Below the pieces are notes generated by a model. That model saw only the letters and a list, made by a program, of their open reading frames with translations, searched no databases and had not been told where the DNA came from. 36,419 nucleotides of DNA from Kipferlia bialata (Eukaryota): the NCBI GenBank assembly GCA_003568945.1, contig BDIP01000028.1, positions 1 through 36,419 of the forward strand. Reading direction: 5' to 3'. Of the stretch, positions 23,301 through 35,412 are shown one piece after another (positions within the stretch are counted from its first letter, which is position 1; each line of letters opens with the position of its first letter). The position numbers and the translations under genes were made by a program.

Positions 23301-26300
23301 TTGAGGGTAGTCTTGGCTGTGTTACGCATGGCAGCTGGCATACTGCCCCTCCTCCTGTTGGAGGCCTGGGAGACAGGCCGGTACGGCTGGGGTAAGAGAG
23401 GGATGGTGTATCTGGAATATTCAGTCTATATTGTATATACAAACATCTCATACCTGTCCCGTGGATACCCTCTTCTCGCTTGTCTCCTTCTCCTTCGCCT
23501 TGTCATTAACGCTGGCCGCCCTCTCTCTGTCCTTACCCCTTGCCTTCACTGACCTCTCTGCCTTAGCAGTCTCCTTAGGCTTCCCCCCTCTCCCTGCATC
23601 TCCTTGTCCCTCTACCCCACCCTTCTCCTTGCCCCTTGGCGACACAGCAGGCATTGCCGGGTTGTGGGCTGTCCGTGATGCCCGACCCGATATCCTGCCA
23701 CTCCTCAGAGGGGTACGTGCTCTCTCCAAGGCCCTGCCAGTGCGTATCATGTGGGACTGCCTACCGCTCTTGAGCAGGTCTGATGCCTTAGGCGCTGTCT
23801 GACCTATAGCACCCTGGTAGGGTGGGATGTACGGCCGCCGGGACGAGTCTGTGCCCTCCACACCGTGTCCTCTGCTTGAGGCCATGAACTCAGTCCTCAC
23901 CGATAGCAGGGGTGTCTTGGCCCTCTCGCCCCTGCCGCTCATGCCCATACTGCTCTTGGACCTCTCTCCCCGTATGGTAGGGGGACCCCTCGAGACAGGG
24001 CGTCTCGTAGAGGAGGCAGATCTGAGCCTCTTGGTGGCATAGGGTGACTGAGCGCGGAACTGGTCCACTCTGACTGTCAGAGAGAGAAGAGATACATTAT
24101 TCCTAGAGGATACACATACATACAAATACAATTGAGAGGACATAAAACACTGCACTTACTTGGAGTGAACGCGGGCCTCCTTGGCTGCCTCCTCTCTCTC
24201 CTTCTTGCGCTGCATGTAGAGAGAGAACCCCCCTCCCACGATGTTCCCCCTCTGCACATGGGGTAGGTCCAGGGGCTGACCCCCAAAGGTCTGGATGGTG
24301 TCAGCTGCCTGGGATGCGGGCTGACCCATGGCAGATGGGGTCCCAGAGCCCTTTCCTGAGGTCAGAGTGATCTATATGAACATGAATAGAGGCATATGCC
24401 ACGACAACCCACCTGCAATGCGGCCTGAGGGTGTGCGGTGCATTCTCTTGGGCTGGTAGTCGGAGAGCTGCTCCACACTGGCTTTCTCAGGGGACCCAGG
24501 GGTGGACATGTCCCTCCCGATGTCGCTATCCCTGGGGGACAGCTGGAGATCACTGTCAGACCCACTGTCGTCACTGCTGCTCTCGGTCTCACTGTCGGTG
24601 CCCTCCCTTGATCTCAGGGAGTCCCGGGACCTGTGCCCACTATCACTCTCAGACATCTCGGGGGAGTAGCTCTAGTGTCAGAGAACACATAGACAGTGAC
24701 ATATCGTGACAAGAAATAGAGCAGAACCAATACCTGCTCTGGTCTGCCGATGTCATGGTGGGCCATGTCCACACTGCCAGTGGCAGAGATGGAGTTGCCA
24801 TAGAGATCCTCCCGCTCCTCATACTCTCTCTCCTCATAGTTCTCTCCACTCTGGTCGCGTCTGGGTAAGATATACAGCAGACACTGGCATACAGATCTAT
24901 ACAGTAATCTCACACTTGCCAGACTATGCCTCCCCACCTAGATCCAGTGGCAGTGGTGAGCTTGTGCACCAATCCGTGGAGCTGATCCTCATAGTCGCCT
25001 TCGAACTCCATCATACTGGGGTCAGAGGACACAGAGACATATAGTGACACGCCAATGATACTAGGAAGGGTACATCATGGCCAGGGGTCGCAGAGGGTGT
25101 ATGCTCACCTGAACGTGGATATGACGGACCGAGCACTGTTGAGCAATGTATCATCCAGAGCCTACGATGAGTGGGAGAGGGTCGCAGAAGGTCTAATAAA
25201 GAGAGAAGAGAGCGGTTGATAATTCTGAGGAGAGTGTGGGTGTTACCTCTCTCGGCATGGTCCTATCCTCCACCTCCTGCATACGGCGGTCATGCCCACC
25301 CTCGCCTGCAGGTCAGAGAGAGAGACAGACAGAGAGTGACAGAGAGTGAGAGAGACAAATATAGAAAACAGAACCCCGACACACACACAGTACCTGCACT
25401 AATGATGCTACCAGCGTCACTGAGGGGGGGGCCGCCCCTCTTGTCGAAGTCGAAGTCTGTGGCCTGTGGTGGGAGGGTGTCATAGAGAGAGGGTACCCCT
25501 AAAGATACTCTCATCTTTGCTTCCTATATAGAGGACGCATTGAGGACAATCAAACATCGGCCATACCTCCGTGAGGCTCAGAGTACTGGTGATACTCATG
25601 TTACTGTCTGCAGACCTTGCTGTCGCGGGTTCCTCCTGGGGTCAGGGGGTGATACGAAATAGCTTGTAATTGCCTAAAGATCACAATATGTTATGTATAT
25701 CCCCTCACATCGAGCATATCGTCCAGGGTGAGTGCCATTGGTGAGCGCCTGGCCACCTTCTGGATGACATCGGTGAATAGGTCTAGCAGCTCAGCCATGC
25801 CTCCACCTAGGGTCAGAGAGAGAGGTGTGTGAGTGAGACAGAGTGTCCATAGTGGGTGTACCTGCACATATCCTCATGACCCAGGGGGCACTGGACCCCA
25901 CAGTCATCAGCAGCTCAAAGCACCCCAGACAGTGGACATGAGACCGAAGGTGCAGAAACACCTGGGGGTGAGTGGGGAAGCAAGGGGGAAATCAGAGGGT
26001 GCAACTCAAAGAACCAAACTATTGGCCACTGGACCATGGAAGGAGAGGACCAGACAACGACTTGATTGTGACAACTCAGAGAGAACCCCCCCCCCCCCCC
26101 TTCACACACACTATACTACCATTAGGAGTCATTCCCTACCTCATCCAACAGAGTGTCCACTGCGTATGTGAAGAACGGGGCTGCAGACCGGCTGGAGAGA
26201 GGTCTGCCATATGCGTCATCACTGGACACTATCTGACGACCCCTGTCTCCCTCCTTCCCCGTATCAATACCATTGAACGAGTCCAGCAACAGTACAATAC

Positions 26301-27085
26301 GCAATGCTGGGCGCAGGTCTCCTCTTCCAGTCTGCCTAGAGGTCAATAGACAGTAGTACTATTAGGGAAAGGATAAGAGGACGTGAGGTTACATATGAAG
26401 AAGTATGGTACCTGGAAATGGCGCAGATACACCGTATTAGTGTCTTGAACAGACCCGCATCCACCCACCGCTGCCACCCATCACGACTGGCCTAGGGTGA
26501 GGGAGAGTATGGTGAAAGAAGGGACAGTGGGGGAGGGAGAGGGAGGGGGGGGGGGGGGTTCTCACTCCACCAAACACACAACTCCTACCTCTGTGAGAGA
26601 TGCACACACTGACTCCAGCTGTATGTTGATGCCGTGAGCTGTGGTGGCCTCATTGGCTGTGATGTCTAACTGGGCTAGAACCTCCCCTGGGGTGGGGGGG
26701 AGGGGGGTGACGGCCACAGCCTCGGGTTCTGGACTCCGCTGTGGTTTCTTCTTCTGGGGGGTCAGGAAGGATGAGTAGGAAAGGGGGGAATAAGAGGAAG
26801 AGGGCAGGCAAGTGAAGTCAGGGTAGTATACTATCCAGAACACACGGAGGGAAGAGACGACTAATGCTGACAGAGTTGGTGCCGCCCCTCAACAACACAT
26901 ACATCCCATATATGTACATCCAACGCAGTGTGTCAACAATAGGAGCACACTAGACACTTGTGCATGGACTATAATAATAATCCATTACACACTATTATAC
27001 TCACCCTAAATCCGCGGAAGAATGTCCTTCTCCACTCAGGAGATTCTGACGCAGTTGTAGCGTCATGTATCCCATCTGGAGACAT
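11357..27085 (-). CDS. Giant multi-exon protein kinase: helical (ARM/HEAT-like) and low-complexity regions + Ser/Thr kinase + pseudo-dual-specificity phosphatase + Cys-rich zinc module
   Basis: Chain of minus-strand exons bounded by GT/CCCCAG introns from MSPDGIHDATT (27085, tentative start) to RRIRIVANLRVL* (11357). The kinase motifs are unambiguous. That the whole interval is one gene is inferred from the absence of an obvious internal terminal exon; not every junction was checked. Confidence 0.7.
12905..12931. repeat. (GA)n microsatellite in an intron of the kinase gene
   Basis: Visible GA run; similar runs occur near 12115 and 36140. Confidence 0.85.
13340..14050 (-). other. Dual-specificity phosphatase-like domain lacking the catalytic CX5R
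   Basis: AVAAL|GITRVV..FEYYPIP..GKTLFVDDQ|DGANVAAGMALAFVMEALTLSVVKALIFVQ|DKRLSVSISANLLAFLVTWD follows the DSP consensus (GITHVV..VLVHCxxGxSRS..AYLM..A..V..R..PN..QL..WE) with the Cys and Arg missing. Confidence 0.7.
14640..16610 (-). other. Ser/Thr protein kinase domain (non-RD), apparently catalytically intact
   Basis: Gly loop AGQGAFGK|V, VAVK, alphaC SFNEVTVL, INHFDVK|ADNVFL, VGDFGES, RG|TEYIKSPE, DVWSAGCLLFEILTG, RDPNRRPT. Confidence 0.93.
19784..19846. repeat. 29-bp tandem duplication (2.2 copies) in an intron
   Basis: TCGTAACCAGGTATGAAGTATGAGGGA(A/T)G twice, then TCGTA. Confidence 0.9.
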
Positions 27086-27093
27086 TCTAGGCC

Positions 27094-27217
27094 ATGCAAC
27101 CGCGCTGGAGAGTGGCAGGGGTATTTTTAGAGACCTCTCACCAAAACAAAAACCCTAGCCCCCCTTCTAAGTGGTCATTTGTGACCATAATAGGGAAGTA
27201 CTGGGGTGGGTGGGGGT

Positions 27218-27258
<41 letters not shown>

Positions 27259-30215
27259 GAGTATGATATCAGTCATGCACCATTCATATGTCTCTCTTAC
27301 TGCACCAGCTGTCGGTGCCCCTGTCTCTGTCTCTGTCTCACCCATCAGACCAGACGCAGTCCCCAGAGAGTTTCAAAGACAGTGCCTTCTGAGAAGAGGT
27401 GCTGCGGGAGGGGATGCGTCCAGCAGTACCTACAGTTCCAGCGCGTCTTCGACCTGTATGAGCATGGGGATGCCCTGTCTCCTGCTGATGTGGAGACCGC
27501 CTCTCTCCCTCAGTACGGGGTGGCTGCCCCTATGCTCTCTGCCCTCAGTGCTCTGCGTGCCACATACGGTGTGTGTGGGGTGGCATTGGTCAACAGGGTC
27601 ACCTTCATGCACAGGTGGCTGTTGGCCAGACCCAGCAGTGTGCGTGAGGCCAGAGACCACCCCCTGACCTGTCCCTGTGACACTGCCATTGGGTGCATCA
27701 TGGGCTGTTCCCCTGGCATAGTCAGGACAATGAGACAGAACAGGGACAGACTGGTGAGGGGGGACTTTCTGAGTCCCGACCACCTCGGTGTCCCTGTAGT
27801 GGCCAGGGACCTCACAGCGTATGAGGCTGATGATGATGATGATGATGATGATGCATCATCAGAGGGGCAGGAGGAAGAGGAGGGAGGGTCGGTTGGGGAG
27901 GAGGGGACGGTGGGGGGTGAGGCTGGGCAGATCCAGCTACCCTCTCCGGCGTCTCCCCTTGCTCCCCTTGTGATACCAAGCTCAGGGGGTGAGCAGGCCT
28001 TGGTGACACCAGACAGTGCCCATACCCATACACAGAGTGTCCATCTCTGTTGCAGTGCCTCAGTCTTGGAAGAGGAGACCGAATCTGAGTCGGAGGAGAC
28101 CACTGATACCTACAGTGATCTTCTACCGCCTGAGCTACCACACGACCTAGTGCCATCCTGTGTCTCGAATGATACACTGGATACCCGGCAGGGGTGTATG
28201 CTTTCAGGGTGTGAGACACTGGCCCCTATCACAGACCCCTCCACTCAGAGGGTAGTTAGGGACCACCCCATACACCTCACACACTCCCAGAGCAGCTGCC
28301 CTATTGCAGTAGCTAACCCTGTTGCAGGTACCCAACCTCCCGCTAGTATACATGTGGATATGGTTGTGCCTTCCATGGAGGGAACAGGCAGTGCCCTCGC
28401 TTCAGTTTCCCAGCCGACTCCTAGTATGGACGTCGATACAGCCCTCCCTCAGCCCGAGGTCATAGTGTCTGTGCCTACTGCAGTTACCCAGCTGACTACT
28501 GGTAGTGAGGTTGGGGTAGAGGCGGAGACGGAGACGGGTAGCGTTCCGCTTGCCATTGCATGCCACATGCCAGTTACCGGCTCGACAGTAATATCTGATG
28601 CCCCCAGTAGTCTCCTTGCGTACACCAATGAGGACTACGACAGTCCAGATGCTGCTAGGGATGCACTTCTGTGTGCCCTACGCAGTCATGGTACAGAGAA
28701 GGCAGGGCTGCCAGACAAACGCGCCAAGGGTGCTCTTAACAAGGCATTCATCAGACGCTGGTTCCTGGACCCAAGTCACCAGCTGCGGCTGGCTGTAACG
28801 ATGATTGCAAGGATTCTGAGGTGTAATACCGGGACTATACGCAAGGTGCAGGCGGAGGCACTGGCTGCGGAGGATAGTGGAGGGGATGGGGTAGAATTGG
28901 TAGATGGGGCAGATGGGGTGCGAGTACCTGAGCAGGCTGTGGGTGCAGCACCAATCGATGCTGGTGACGCACCCATATCCTCGCTGTCTTCTACCCCCTC
29001 CCTGGTTTCTCTCGGTGTGTACAGCAATGAGGACTATGACACCGATCTGGATGCCCACGAGGCCCTAGTGGGTGCGCTGGCCCAGCATAGAGAGCGGCGG
29101 GCACAGGCCACCTCTACCATTGTCGGAGGCAGCCTCACCAGGGTCTTTGCCTCTAGGTGGTTTGTAGACAGGGAGGGCAGGCCTCGTCTCCCGACCGATG
29201 TGATATGCAAGGTGCTGGACTGTGGGTATGGTGACCTGCCAATGGGTCTACGGCATATAGGCATCAACACTCTACATGCCTCCCGATCCGTCGATCCGCC
29301 TAGTGCACCTCCCGCCAAGAGGAGGCCGAGACCCAGGAGTGCCAGGGTGGTGGCTATGAGACGCAATACTGACAACTGGCAGTCGGCACCCTCGGGGCTA
29401 GCCAGCCACATAGCCGGGGGGCAGTGTCCCTCCCCTAGGTCTACGGAGGAGGAGGGCTACAGAAGGCTGAGGCGCATAGCCCCAGGTCGGTACCAGTTCC
29501 TAGACAGGGTGTTCAATGAGAGGTCAGTGCGTGCTAATTAGCAGACTAATGATAATGTGGCTCTTGTTGGCTACACATATATCTACATATATATATCTGA
29601 CTATCAGGGGCCAAGTGCTCTGCGGTGTCACCACGCCTCGTAGGGCATCATGTGCCAGGTCAGTCAGGTGTCACCTGCATCCAGAGGCCCACCTAGGAGG
29701 GGCAGATGCTGCTGGGTGTCTGTCACAAACACAGGTGAGGGTTGAGGGTGTATAGAAAGTGTGGTGTTATTACCATGGATGTTCTGTTCATTCATATCAT
29801 ATGACGACCTGACCCGTAGGTATACCAATTAATCCAGGAGAAGTATGGAGGTTCCAGAGTAGATGGGAAGCTAGAGGACCCGGCATCAGAGTCTAGGGCT
29901 GCAGCCTCAGCACTGGCCCTGAGACACACCCAGGACATATCCCTCATAGGTGCATACACGAACGACTGGTACCCAACACCCGATGATGCCAAGGCGGAGC
30001 TGCTGACGGCCCTCCACCAGCACCGGGTGGTGGTGGCTGGTACGGACAGCCCTGATACCAGGGTAGACCTCCACCACGCCTTTGCCAAACAGTGGTTTGC
30101 TACCCCTGACGGAGGAGAGCGACTGAGTGTTTCGATTCAGTGCACACTTCTCAACTGCTCTACGGCCACGCTCATGGGAGTATCTCTCAAGCAACAGGGT
30201 TCCAGGGTGCTATAG
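27094..30215 (+). CDS. Putative nuclear protein with four copies of a ~75-aa HTH-like domain and an SCA7-type zinc finger; 5' end uncertain
   Basis: A long exon (~27349-29522) lies within the 815-aa ORF. Spliced exons follow: GQVLCGVTTPRRASCARSVRCHLH (~29608-29734) and VYQLIQEKY..AYTNDWY..KQQGSRVL* (29820-30215). The upstream part of the ORF crosses poly-G and intron-like sequence. Confidence 0.8.
27203..27257. repeat. G-rich tract ending in a 40-nt G homopolymer (27218-27257)
   Basis: Read directly from the sequence. Confidence 0.9.
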
Positions 30216-30451
30216 ACTACTACAGCCTATATTGTCGCTGGGGAACGCCCTTAAGACAGTGAGTGATTTGTAAGTAACCGAATAGATGCAACAGTGTTTT
30301 TCCTTGTTCAACTCTAACAGTTTGTGGTGGACAACGGTGCTGGTGACACCAAATTGGTGTTCCCTCACAAATGTTGTCTGAATGTATTCTCTTCCACCTC
30401 ACAAGTTCCATGTATAAAGTATGTTATTACAGTACATTCATCGAGTAGTAG

Positions 30452-31992
30452 ATCTACTGTAATTGTACTATAATACGTATACGGCACTACTTAGACTTAG
30501 ATACTGCCATGTGAGTATGTTCCTTCTCACTGTATTGAATACTGTGTTGATGGTCTCATTATGAGACCCTCATGGATATGGACTGTTGTATCTGCAGAAG
30601 AGATACCCTCTGGACAGTATACCAAAGACTGGCGAAACACAGCCCAGTCGCACACTCCACCTACTCCACCGAGCTCCTACTGCAGTGGGGCCACTATCTG
30701 TGGCACTGAGGCTCCCCTGCTGATCATCAGTCTGACTCAGTCTGAATCAGACTCTCTCTGATGCTGTTCGGGGTGGTGCCTGTGAATGTATATGCTGGCT
30801 GCCTAGTTCTGGGTTTGGTTGTCAACCTGATAGCGGAAAGGTATCATCAGTTCAACAACCATCGCTGTGGCGACAGAGATCAACTAGAATCCAGAATATC
30901 GCTCTTGACCTGCGTCTGGAATATATATATATATATATATACATACGTAATACTATACATATAATCTCACTCTGATGGACTCAGGACCCTCTTGCCAAAT
31001 ATGGTCTGCCTGTCGTTTTGCTCTCACATTCTCCCGTCCCTCAGCACCTCCCTATGGGTGTCGTTGGCTCCACTCATGCGACTGACGCAGTGTCTCAATG
31101 TGTATGGACAGGTCTCCATAGCCACGGAATGGGTTCCATTGGGCAACACGGCCCTCATATGCTCAGCTGTCATAACTCTGGAGATCCTTGTCAGGGCAGA
31201 TAGGGCGTATGGGTCCTCCTATGCTGAGCGATACGCTGTTGTCTACAAGCACCTCCAGCAGGTATGGCATTGATGTCTGATTGATTCTTGATACCCTTTA
31301 CTCCATTCTCCTAGTCTTCTCTTTGTCTCAAGGATACTACTTTTCGCGTATGTGACCCTCTAACTTCTCTTTCACCCATCTCCCTTATGCCCAGGTGTCT
31401 CGGTCTGTGTCGGTGGAGGGGGCATACATGTCCAGGCTCGTGCTTCTAACCATACCACTGACTATATTCTCCTCCGCGGCACCTCCGCTAGTCTATCGAT
31501 GTTCAGTAGTCATGGGACTAGTACTGCTCTTCGGTGTTCACACAAGACCAACCCCGCCTTCGATATACGAGTTGTTTGGGTATGTGGACACTATACGTAT
31601 GGTACCATAATCCTGAAACACTGTCATCCATACCGAATATGATATTCTCTTATAAATGTGTCACCACCAGTTGTGGAGGGGCTCTCCTCTCCTTCTTAAC
31701 AGCCAATCATCTCCTCATGGTTACTTATCCAAGGTCACCGGCTTTTGACTATCTGTTTCCAGATCGCACTTCCGTCCAACACCCGAAGCAGGACTTCATG
31801 GGCTTTCGCAGAGAGTACCTCATGTGTCGACAGAACCGTACTGTGAGTGAACGGTTTCGACAGATGATGCGTGAGGCTGTGCCCATAGCCTTGGGTACAC
31901 ACTCTGACGACACTAAGATGTCCCTTTTCGCATGGTATGTCACAGGCTTGTTGAAGCGTGGTATAGTAGACACGAATCGCTCAGGGCGCTGA
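30452..31992 (+). CDS. Multi-exon hypothetical multi-pass membrane protein; start unresolved
   Basis: Hydrophobic exons (MLFGVVPVNVYAGCLVLGLVVNLIAER; VSIATEWVPLGNTALICSAVITLEILV; RLVLLTIPLTIFSSAAPPLVYRCSVVMGLVLLFG) separated by GT-AG introns. Terminal exon ends FDYLFPDR..DTNRSGR*. Confidence 0.5.
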
Positions 31993-32187
31993 TCGTCGTT
32001 GAATATTGTGAATTATGATTTGATTGCTGATCGATGCCCTCAGCCTTTAGAACAGTCAGTTGCGACGAATAGGGGTCATTTCACGATATTTATAGTGTAT
32101 TCTCTTGCTTATCACATATATTACACACTAGAGACCATAATTGTTCTCTGACGGTCTCTTATCACTGACGCAAGTTTTGTTGGCGGG

Positions 32188-35100
32188 ATGGAGCTCCTTT
32201 CAAGGGGTGAGGAGCTCTTACGTGTAGCATGCGCTCTGACGATCATATACATTCCACTAGTCGGAGCATGGCCTCTTAAGGCTCTGGCTTGGTCGATTGA
32301 GCGCCAGTATACATCAGACTACTGGTTCGCACCAATATTGAGAGGTACGATATGTAGGTGTTAATCCGAAGGGGACAAGTATTCACAACAGTACCAGCTT
32401 TTGTCTCACGAGACACGTTCTATGAGCGTAGAGCCAGTAGTCCATTCGACAGTGTCATGTACCTTCTACGAATTGCGTCAGGCTATTGCTCTCTCAGCAA
32501 GAGACACAACTTCAAGATACGGACTCGTGTGGGGATGGAAGTACATATATCATACCGCACTTATACAGCTCTAGTCGGTCTCGATATATTGAAGACTATA
32601 CTATCCACCCTCAGCCCGCATCTGTATATTTCTTCCTCACCCAGGCCCTCAAGGCGAGTGTTCTGATGAGCACAGTGTACGAGAAGCAGCTGTACCACCC
32701 CAGGGTTAGACTGACAACTCACTATATACACAACCAGATGCTTTCTCTTACACAGTGGAAGTTCCATAGGTTCCCTCTGCCCCACTTCACCATCGACCAA
32801 GGTGACAAACCTGTACAACACCCAGATACATCCAGTATCGCCTAATACAATAACCTTGAAGCACAGCTAATTAGTTACAAGTTGTATCTTACAGCAGGTC
32901 ATGAGTCCGAGTGCTTCTTCGACCCACAAGTGCATTGGTGCACCATTCAATACGGGTTTAGGTTGGTTTCAGTTTCAATATCATACATTCAGAGAAAGTA
33001 TCCTTGATACTCTCCCCAGCCGTACCACCAACTCCGGCATGTGTTCCCGTACTCTGATCGATGGAGTGCAGGGGACACTCAACGCCAGCGAAGACCTGAG
33101 GTGTGTGTATGATTCTAGAATATGACTCAGAGCAAGAGGAGTCAAGAGTCCTGACTGGCACTGATGTCTCCCTGACCCTAGGGCTGTGCTCGACTACCCC
33201 CCTATGAAGGCCCCGGATGACAGTGAACTATTGCAGTCGTACAACGCACCTGAGAACCTAGGTCTGTGTAGTACAATTAGAACACAATAGTCTTGTATGG
33301 GTTATGACCCATATCCTCTGACCCATCTCAGGCTTGGCACTCTTCCTCACCCTCGACAGCGGACTGATGCTGCTGCACCAAAAGATCAAGCGGTGGCACT
33401 ACCAAAGGTTGGCATCACTCCTAACCTTGTGTCTATTCAACAAACTCTATTTCGTATCTGTTCGCGTCGAAAGCCCTCACACAGATTCCCTGGACATCAG
33501 AGTTACCTCAACATCCACACGGCTATTGCGGCCTTCCCAGACCACCAGGTTCCCCGGTCTGCATCAGTCTACTTCCAAAGTGATGCTCTCTCCTTAAGTA
33601 TTGACTCACTCGTAGCTCAAGGCGTCCCTCAATGAGCTTGTTCCTCTTCACATCAACCACCAGACCACACAAGAGTTTGACGTCCCTTTTCAGTTAAAGT
33701 TCGTTGCACCTTTGTTATACTACGCAGTGCAACACCGAACCCATATATACTACAGTGTAATTCCTTCTGTAGTGCTCTGACTACAGGTTCATCCGTCCTG
33801 CCATGCCGTGTTTGTGTGAGAACATACCCACACCCTCAATTGGTGACTATGCCCGTCTTAGAGCCCAGCATAGGCACATACTGCCAAGGCTGAGGATTCT
33901 CATGGAGGCACCTGCCTTTGACATGGCCATTCTGGAGGCAGAGTCACCGCTTACACACATGCTTCTCTACACCGCACACACACTGTCCGTGTTACCCGAC
34001 GTGCCTGAGGTCTCGCTATGTCGGATACTCCTGGCAGCAGAGCCACTGGTAATGAGGTCTGGTAGGTGAGGTGGCTGTGGATACTCTAACATGTAAGCCT
34101 ATGAACAAATACACATTCACGTACACCCACGAACATATGCACTTGTATTCAGCTCTGCTCACACCTAGTCTCTATGTGGCCGACACTGCGCTGTCCCTCT
34201 ATCTGCTGAACCATGTACTACAGCAACTGAGAGGAGACGACCCAGGGTGGTTTGCTGACAGTGCCTGTCTGGCCCTACTAGTGGCTGCATTCTTCACACA
34301 CACTGACAGACCCGCCATGAGTGAGGGTGAGTCAGTCACTGAGTCAGTCTGTGCATAGTGAGTATGAGACTCCCTGGGGATCCACATTGAGTCCGATCAC
34401 CTGTTGTCCCTCTTCTATCTTCGTATATCACCTGTATGTGTCACACACCTCAGAGTGCATGGCCGTCACCGGGTGCCCCAGATACATGATCCACTCAGGC
34501 CCTAACCCCTGCGCCAAGCACTCCTGCTCGCTGTTCATGCTACTGGAACAGGTGTGAATAGTGAGTCTTCATGATACATTGAACAACTTACCCTCAGACT
34601 CTGCCCATCAAGCAGTACTTCCCTTGCTTCAGAGAGCTAGTCAGAGACATTATGATTGGGGCCTTCCATGGATTCGAGAACGGGTTCTCACCTGGCCGTC
34701 TGTCTTGTCACAGCTCGTTGACTGACTGGGCAGGGGCTGCGCTTGTCACACTCACAGACCCAGGCATATATTGTGTACAATACAGTGGAGAGTGTGCATT
34801 GGCATTTGTGTGCGTTGTGTGCGCTAGGGCCACCCTCTGACCCCAGGCCCCACCACCCCCACAGGCATCACCCTGCGTCTCCTGCTCTCCTCCGTCCTCC
34901 ACCTAGTGAGGATGGGTCGATATACAGCGGGTATGGGACCATGTACATATACTCTACAGTGTAGTGTTGCCTCACCCCAGACTGGGCTACCTGTCACACC
35001 CTGTGTCTGGCCTATGCCAGGGAGGAGAACTTCTTCTCGTTCCTGGACAGGGAGATGGAGCTGCGGTCTTCACCATTTGTGTACACCACTCTAGACGACT

Positions 35101-35339
35101 ATATGGAGCACCTCTCCAGCGAGACCGACCACATATACAGCATGTGCAGTGAGCTGTGTCGGTTTGCTAGGAAGTGTGTCCCCCTCCACTGCGATGCCCT
35201 GTGCCGACTGGCAGAGGGTGTGACGGAGAGAGCAGCCGACAACCACCAGAGGTGGGTGACACACTTTGGGGCTGGGTGTGGGTTGGATGAAGAGTCATCC
35301 AGCGGGGAGTATGCACCCTTGGAGTCAGAAGACTTTTAG
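32188..35339 (+). CDS. Multi-exon hypothetical protein with an N-terminal hydrophobic segment (may be two genes)
   Basis: First exon MELLSRGEELLRVACALTIIYIPLVGAWPLKALAW..PILR|gt. Internal helical exons include DYARLRAQHRHILPRLRILME and TALSLYLLNHVLQQLRG. Terminal exon MELRSSPF..ESEDF*. No family recognised. Confidence 0.5.
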
Positions 35340-35412
35340 TACAGTGCTGCAATAGACAGAACCAGTAACGTCACATATTAAGCATTTTGTATCACGGTCT
35401 ATTCTTGTGTTA

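Noticed and set aside
27000..27160. Telomere-like CCCTAAA / AAACCCTA motifs
   Set aside because: Single isolated copies, expected by chance; one overlaps a splice donor.
27094..27348. Poly-Gly/Cys-rich N-terminus of the 815-aa ORF as real protein
   Set aside because: It is translated through a G homopolymer and intron-like sequence (GTGAGT..ctcacccatcag) and is probably non-coding.
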